NCBI GenBank assembly: GCA_048938895.1
Contig: JBHLLU010000008.1
Coordinates: 39,470-103,469 of the forward strand
Length of the DNA stretch: 64,000 nt
Reading direction: 5' to 3'
From: Promethearchaeota archaeon
GTDB lineage: Archaea > Asgardarchaeota > Lokiarchaeia > Sigyniarchaeales > SOKP01
The position numbers were made by a program, and so were the translations under genes. Below, in pieces: positions 58,872-64,000 of this stretch; positions within the stretch are counted from its first letter, which is position 1, and each line of letters begins with the position of its first letter. The notes beneath the pieces were generated by a model, which saw only the letters and a list, made by a program, of their open reading frames with translations, was not told the DNA's origin and ran no database searches.

Positions 58872-59177
58872 TTGGTCAAGCACAGAGGATACCGTAAAAA
58901 AACACGAGAGAAACACAGGAAAAATGTTCGCGATAGAGGCTTAGGTTCTGTAGAGAAATATTTAATTGACTATGATATTAATGATAAAGTAGATATTATC
59001 ACTGATCCTTCACAACACAAGCGTGGAATGCCTAATCGTAGATTTCACGGACGAACAGGGACAGTTATAGGCCAAAGAGGTCGTTGTTATTTAGTTGAGG
59101 TAAAATTAGGAAATTCGAAGAAGACTTTAATAATTGGTAAAGAACATTTAAGATTAAATCCTGTTTCTGTAAAATAA
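58872..59177 (+). CDS. rpl21e: 50S ribosomal protein eL21
   Basis: GYRKKTR, D.V.I..DPS.H.GMP..RFHGRTG.V, K.LI...EHL. Confidence 0.96.
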   Translation: MVKHRGYRKKTREKHRKNVRDRGLGSVEKYLIDYDINDKVDIITDPSQHKRGMPNRRFHGRTGTVIGQRGRCYLVEVKLGNSKKTLIIGKEHLRLNPVSVK

Positions 59178-59196
59178 AATAGAAATCAATGAAGGA

Positions 59197-59568
59197 ATGA
59201 CTATGTCTGGAAGAAAAAAAGAAGAAAGAACAGTTTCAATCCCAGAAGTAAAAGAGATAATGGATTATGTAAAGGAAAAAATGGAAGAAATTGACACTGA
59301 AGAGGGAATGTCCCATTTTCAAGAAATTACATATAACTATGTCAATAGATTCGCAAAAACAGATGTCAAAACAGCAAAAAAAATAATAAAGTTCCTTATG
59401 GACAAGTATGAAATTGAAGAAATTTATGCAATTAATATTGTTAACATTGACCCTCAAACTGTTCCTGAACTGCGAATTATCTTGGAGAAATCATTTACAG
59501 GAAAAACTTTTAATGATGAGGCGTTAGAGATTATCATCGAAGAGCTTGAAGAAATTAAAACTTCTTAA
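59197..59568 (+). CDS. rpo4: RNA polymerase subunit Rpo4 (F)
   Basis: VSIPEVKE, Q..T..Y..RFAK, A..IVNI.P.T..ELR; conserved position after rpl21e. Confidence 0.92.
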   Translation: MTMSGRKKEERTVSIPEVKEIMDYVKEKMEEIDTEEGMSHFQEITYNYVNRFAKTDVKTAKKIIKFLMDKYEIEEIYAINIVNIDPQTVPELRIILEKSFTGKTFNDEALEIIIEELEEIKTS

Positions 59569-59702
59569 AATTTCGATCGAAGAATTTATAAATCTATGTT
59601 GTTTTAAATTCTAATGAACTATTCCGACTCATTAAGTAGTTTATAAAAATAAAATTTATCAAATGGCTAACGGAAAAAAAAATATTAAGATTCCTGGTAA
59701 TA

Positions 59703-60344
59703 ATGGAAAGAAGAGATCGTTACAGAGGTCCTCCTCGGAGAAGAGGTTATCAAGGTGGTCCCCGAAAGAAAAAGCAATTTATAAAAAAATTTCGGGAAGT
59801 TGTAATCTTAGATCTTCTTTTACATGGACACCCCGAGGAAGATAGGCCAAGTTGGTCAAAAACACCACTAGCCCAAGTTCTAACCTTTCCTGATTTTGTT
59901 CTCTATGAAGTAAAAATAAATAGAAGTTCTGATATTAAAGTCCAAGAGCAAAAAACCTATGAGGAATTTGTGGAAGAAGATAAATTAGGAGATGTTTTAA
60001 AGAAAATAGATTACAATGATTTAACTAATACCTCTAAAGCTTTAATTCAACCCATTCTGGAAAAGGAGGTGTTGAAGTATGAAGAAGAATTCATTAATTT
60101 TTTTAATAATTCTACCTCAATTACCCCTCGAATGCATGCTTTAAAATTATTGCCAGGAATAGGCCAAAAGCACATGTGGGAGCTTCTTGAAGCAAGAGAT
60201 CGCCAAAAGTTTACAAATTTTCAAGACATTTCTGATAGAACAAGTGTTTCAAGTCCAACCAAACTTATTGCTCAACGAATTATAAAGGAGCTTCAAAGAG
60301 ATGTAAAATATTACCTTTTTAGTAAAACTCAAAAATATGAATAA
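59703..60344 (+). CDS. DUF655 putative RNA-binding protein
   Basis: VILD.L..G, F.L.E, FFN....IT.RMHAL.LLPGIG.K; conserved position in the archaeal cluster. Confidence 0.92.
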   Translation: MERRDRYRGPPRRRGYQGGPRKKKQFIKKFREVVILDLLLHGHPEEDRPSWSKTPLAQVLTFPDFVLYEVKINRSSDIKVQEQKTYEEFVEEDKLGDVLKKIDYNDLTNTSKALIQPILEKEVLKYEEEFINFFNNSTSITPRMHALKLLPGIGQKHMWELLEARDRQKFTNFQDISDRTSVSSPTKLIAQRIIKELQRDVKYYLFSKTQKYE

Positions 60345-60349
60345 TTAAT

Positions 60350-61186
60350 ATGGATTTCAAGGATGTAAAACTAATTCTCGACCAATTAAATATCAAACCA
60401 AGAAAGCATTTAGGTCAAAATTTTATCGTTGACACCAATATAATAAAGAAAATCGTTAATATATCAAATATTTCAAACGAGGATATAATCTTAGAAATTG
60501 GTCCAGGTTTAGGGGGAATCACTGAACTCTTAATAGAAAAAGCGAAGAAAGTAATTGCAGTCGAAATAGATTCTCTACTTTCAAATTATCTATTAGAAAA
60601 ATTCTCAGTTTATGATAACATTGAACTCATAAGTGGAGACATCCTAGAAATTGAAATCCCCTTTCATAATAAGGTTATTTCTAATATCCCATATAAAATA
60701 ACTGGTCCTATTTTAGAAAAAATATTTTTCAAAAAAAATGCCCCCTATGGAATTTTAACTATACAAAAAAGTATTGCTACCCGAATTTATTCATCTAATA
60801 ATTATAGAAACTTCTCGAGAATTAGTGTGGGCATGAATAGTTTTATGCAACCACTATTGAACATTAATATTTCAAGAAATAGTTTTTATCCAATCCCCAA
60901 AATTGATCTTGCTCTCATAAAAATTATCCCAAAGGAAAATCTTAACCCTTTTTTACATAGAAAAGCATCAAGGGACTTTTATTTGAAATTTATCGCAGGG
61001 ATAATGCCATACAAGAATAAAAATATTGTAAATGCTTTATATCTCTTTTTCAAAGTCAATAAGAAACTCTCATATACGAAAGAAAGAATTTTTAAAGTGT
61101 TAAAGGAGAATAACTTTGAAGATAAGAAAATATTTAATCTCACAATTGATGATTTTATTGAGTTAAGCAAGATTTTTTATTCTTAA
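60350..61186 (+). CDS. rsmA: 16S rRNA adenine dimethyltransferase (KsgA/Dim1)
   Basis: KHLGQNF, LEIGPGLG.IT, VEID, SNIPY.IT, F.P.PK.D. Confidence 0.95.
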   Translation: MDFKDVKLILDQLNIKPRKHLGQNFIVDTNIIKKIVNISNISNEDIILEIGPGLGGITELLIEKAKKVIAVEIDSLLSNYLLEKFSVYDNIELISGDILEIEIPFHNKVISNIPYKITGPILEKIFFKKNAPYGILTIQKSIATRIYSSNNYRNFSRISVGMNSFMQPLLNINISRNSFYPIPKIDLALIKIIPKENLNPFLHRKASRDFYLKFIAGIMPYKNKNIVNALYLFFKVNKKLSYTKERIFKVLKENNFEDKKIFNLTIDDFIELSKIFYS

Positions 61187-61203
61187 CCACATATAAATGA
61201 GGT

Positions 61204-61899
61204 TTGATACCAATTAATAATCTATTAGATCCTTTATTTGAATGTGATTTTAAGAATGTTTACTATCCTTCAGATGATTCATACCTATTGATTGACTACT
61301 TCAAGAAGACTATTGATAATAATTATTTTGATGGAATCCCATTAGAAGAAATTAAATATATATTGGATATGGGCACAGGTACAGGTATAATAGCAATTTT
61401 ATTTGAGCTAATTAAATCTCATATCCCAAAATTCAATCCCAAAATTTATGCTTCAGATATCCTTGGAGATTCAATTAAATGCGCAAAAGAAAATGAAAAA
61501 CGCAATAACATTAATGAAAAGATAATTTATATACATTCAGACTTATTCAAGTCTTTTCCTCACACAGTAAAATCCACATTTAATATTATTGTATTTAATC
61601 CTCCTTATTTACCATCATTATCTACTATTAACGAACGTTTTCAGAAAAAGAATATTGATTATAGTTGGGAAGGAGGAATTAGAGGAATTGAAATAACAAG
61701 AGAGTTCATTAGAACAATGGGGAAATATTTGAATTTAACTAAACCTCATTATGTTTACTATATAAGTTCAAGCAAAAGTGAGTTAGATGAGCTTGAAATA
61801 GGAATAAAAAATATGGGTTATGAATGTGAGCAACTAGAAAAAGTACATAAATTCTTCGAAGATATTATTTTGAACAGATTAAAATATATTAAGGTTTAA
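61204..61899 (+). CDS. HemK2/Mtq2 (N6AMT1-like) release-factor glutamine methyltransferase
   Basis: VY.PSDDSYLL, LDMGTGTG, SDLF, FNPPY, W.GG..G, FFE. Confidence 0.92.
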   Translation: MIPINNLLDPLFECDFKNVYYPSDDSYLLIDYFKKTIDNNYFDGIPLEEIKYILDMGTGTGIIAILFELIKSHIPKFNPKIYASDILGDSIKCAKENEKRNNINEKIIYIHSDLFKSFPHTVKSTFNIIVFNPPYLPSLSTINERFQKKNIDYSWEGGIRGIEITREFIRTMGKYLNLTKPHYVYYISSSKSELDELEIGIKNMGYECEQLEKVHKFFEDIILNRLKYIKV

Positions 61900-63176
61900 A
61901 AAGGTCTTCGATTTCTTCTCTTTTCTAATAATGAAATGCCATCCAAATGTAATGTTCTTGTAAGATTGTTTAATAAAAGCTCTACTTCATTCTGTTTAAA
62001 CACTGCACGCTTATGAGCTTCAATTTGAGGAATAGGAAGGCCATAATGCTCATTTAAACTGGATATTGGTAATAGGATTGAGGAAATTAAATCTGCTTTT
62101 TCAGATGCCTTTTCAATAGAATCTTTTTCATCCATGAAATACTCAATCCTACAAGGGGTATCATAAGTAGTAGTTTTAAGATAGAATGCATAAAATGACA
62201 ATGGGAAGTAATACGGTATTTCTTTTTTTAATCCTGTATCTCTTATTTTATCAATTTCTCTTTTACAATTAAAAATACAACTTCTTTCAGACTTATTCAG
62301 TAGTCTATTAAATAAATCCACATCAGAAAAATATTCCACAATTTCTCGGTATTTTACCTTAATAAAATCAAATAAATGAGAGTAACTAGGCTTCAACATT
62401 TGAATCGATTCACAAAGAAGATTTGATAATGCTGATGTTCTTGTATCTTTAATAGAACCAATTAGTATTATACCATTATCTTTGCAGTTTGTATATAATT
62501 TATGATATTCCTTTAATAAAATATCATATTTCTTTGATATTTCAGCATCCTTAGAAAATAGCAAATTAATGGGCATAATGACTATGGATCCATCAATAAT
62601 CATGAGATCAATATCATCTGCTCTTTTTATCATCTCATTAAGTAAATTGATTTCTATATATTTCATATCCATTGATAATTTAGTATCAGTGGCACTTTCA
62701 TCCCGATTAATGAAATTTCCCTGGACAAAATAATTGTTGAAACCACTTAAATCTGGAAAGTATTCGATGTTTGCAATATGGTTTTCTTTAAAAAAATATT
62801 TAACTGCAATGGCTTTTAAGAAAGAAAAGTCGACGTTCATGAATTTCTTTGCTACTGAGCTTCCATCAACACTTACAACATTTAAGCCTCTTAAATTTGC
62901 AGAGGATAATGATTTCTTTATAAATTTCTCTTTTATATAAAATTTAGGATAATTTATAAATTGAGTAAAATCCAAATCATCCAAATTATTTAATATAGCA
63001 TCGGAAAATGCTTTCTTTAGCCGTTCAATCTCAGAAAATTCTTCTGCAATTATTTTAATATCTTTTAATAGTATTTGTTCTTTAGTTAAACCCTTAATGT
63101 TTAGCAAAGAGCTTTTATAATTAGGAAAGGTTAATTTATTGTTTTTTAGTTTAATAGGCTTTTCTCTTATTGTCAT
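61896..63176 (-). CDS. nurA: NurA-domain nuclease
   Basis: VSVDGS, E..L, IIDGSI, G.IKD, YGLPIPQIEAHKRA. Confidence 0.85.
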   Translation of the reverse strand: MTIREKPIKLKNNKLTFPNYKSSLLNIKGLTKEQILLKDIKIIAEEFSEIERLKKAFSDAILNNLDDLDFTQFINYPKFYIKEKFIKKSLSSANLRGLNVVSVDGSSVAKKFMNVDFSFLKAIAVKYFFKENHIANIEYFPDLSGFNNYFVQGNFINRDESATDTKLSMDMKYIEINLLNEMIKRADDIDLMIIDGSIVIMPINLLFSKDAEISKKYDILLKEYHKLYTNCKDNGIILIGSIKDTRTSALSNLLCESIQMLKPSYSHLFDFIKVKYREIVEYFSDVDLFNRLLNKSERSCIFNCKREIDKIRDTGLKKEIPYYFPLSFYAFYLKTTTYDTPCRIEYFMDEKDSIEKASEKADLISSILLPISSLNEHYGLPIPQIEAHKRAVFKQNEVELLLNNLTRTLHLDGISLLEKRRNRRPF

Positions 63177-63270
63177 TAAGAGAACTTAAAAATTGAGTTA
63201 ATAATAATAATAATGAGATATTTAATTTTTTGATTTTTTCGATAAAAATGATATAGATTATCTGCATATA

Positions 63271-63912
63271 ATGGTAATACAGTTAGGGGAAAATCCCTGG
63301 ATATTAATTGGGTTAGTTTTTCTTGAAATATTGTTTGTACTAGCACCAGCCTTCATCTCTAGCAGAATCGAGAAAAAACAATTTAGAACCTTATTATTCG
63401 AGATGGGTTTTCAAAAAAACAAGGATATTTACGTTAAAGTTATTGTAGGTTTATGTATAGGTATTATTTTTTTTTCTTTTGGAGATTTAATTATTTTATT
63501 TTTTCAAAATGTCATTATTGAAAATTTGTTTGGTGCAGGATTCATCCAAGAAGGGAGAGAAGGAGCAATAACCACAGTTCCTGTGCAACCTAACTTTATT
63601 CAAATTTCTATTCTTGTTATGCTTCAGATCATTATTATCGGTCCCTGTGAGGAGGCATTCTTTAGAGGTTTTCTGATTAATAAATTTAATTCACAAATAA
63701 AACTTACCTATTCTATACTTATTTCTTCGCTCTTTTTTGCACTATATCATGTACCCCTATTTTTAGTACCTTTATCTACAACTATCACTTTTTTTGGATA
63801 TTATTTTACTTTCGGGATATTATTAGCTGTAACTTTTGTATACTTTGATTATTCTCTCATCCCCTGTTCGATTGCTCATTCCTTTTACAATATTTTATTA
63901 CTTTTGTTTTAA
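63271..63912 (+). CDS. CPBP (CAAX protease/Abi) intramembrane glutamic/metallo protease
   Basis: Intact motifs GPCEEAFFRG, FFALYH, AHSFYN. Confidence 0.92.
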   Translation: MVIQLGENPWILIGLVFLEILFVLAPAFISSRIEKKQFRTLLFEMGFQKNKDIYVKVIVGLCIGIIFFSFGDLIILFFQNVIIENLFGAGFIQEGREGAITTVPVQPNFIQISILVMLQIIIIGPCEEAFFRGFLINKFNSQIKLTYSILISSLFFALYHVPLFLVPLSTTITFFGYYFTFGILLAVTFVYFDYSLIPCSIAHSFYNILLLLF

Positions 63913-64000
63913 GATTTGAAAATTTGAAATATTAAGTTTAAATTAAACAAAAATTAATTAATATTAGGTCTATTAATATCATAAAGTTATGATTAAGCTT

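Noticed and set aside
59663-59845. ORF with an A9 run overlapping the DUF655 start (possible frameshift or uORF)
   Set aside because: DUF655 has its own ATG and a complete domain, so no recoding is needed
2658-62940. Many 60-150 aa ORFs nested in or antisense to identified genes (e.g. 12257-12682, 26195-26647, 10148-10456)
   Set aside because: They overlap confident CDSs and have no recognisable motifs; expected shadow ORFs
1-64000. tRNA, rRNA, CRISPR arrays, IS elements, prophage and defence systems
   Set aside because: No GC-rich structured islands, regularly spaced repeats, transposase/integrase or cas-like ORFs seen by eye; short or AT-rich RNAs could have been missed
1-64000. Individual TATA boxes and T-tract terminators in intergenic gaps
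   Set aside because: Intergenic DNA is so AT-rich that matches are expected by chance; not listed without additional structure

Overview
AT-rich, gene-dense archaeal chromosome segment, most likely from an Asgard archaeon of the Lokiarchaeia type. This assignment is inferred from gene content, not from a marker search. Archaeal informational genes are present: pus10-rpl21e-rpo4-DUF655-rsmA-HemK2, rpl35ae, GAN/RecJ, XPD and NurA. Metabolic genes cover H4MPT/F420 C1 transfer (ftr, mtd, mch), glycine cleavage, purine salvage and glycogen metabolism. Eukaryotic-signature proteins include a Rag-like GTPase-roadblock fusion, a Rab-like GTPase, a Snf7/ESCRT-III subunit, a roadblock protein, a presenilin and two secernins. 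I saw no rRNA, tRNA, CRISPR array or transposase. The best candidate for an undescribed system is the ~670-aa protein at 46.5-48.5 kb. It has a FYVE/B-box-like multi-Zn module, a helical stalk, a PH/GLUE-like domain, a Q/N/P-rich region and a Vps23 steadiness-box-like C-terminus, and it lies one gene from a stand-alone Snf7. Other observations beyond the ORF track: an XPD gene that apparently starts at ATA, two genes broken by apparent 1-nt deletions, two decayed gene remnants, a 59-aa ORF, an attenuator-like alternative-hairpin element, a perfect 16-bp palindrome and a catalytically dead CPBP protease. All domain calls come from motif recognition by eye and need HMM or structure confirmation.
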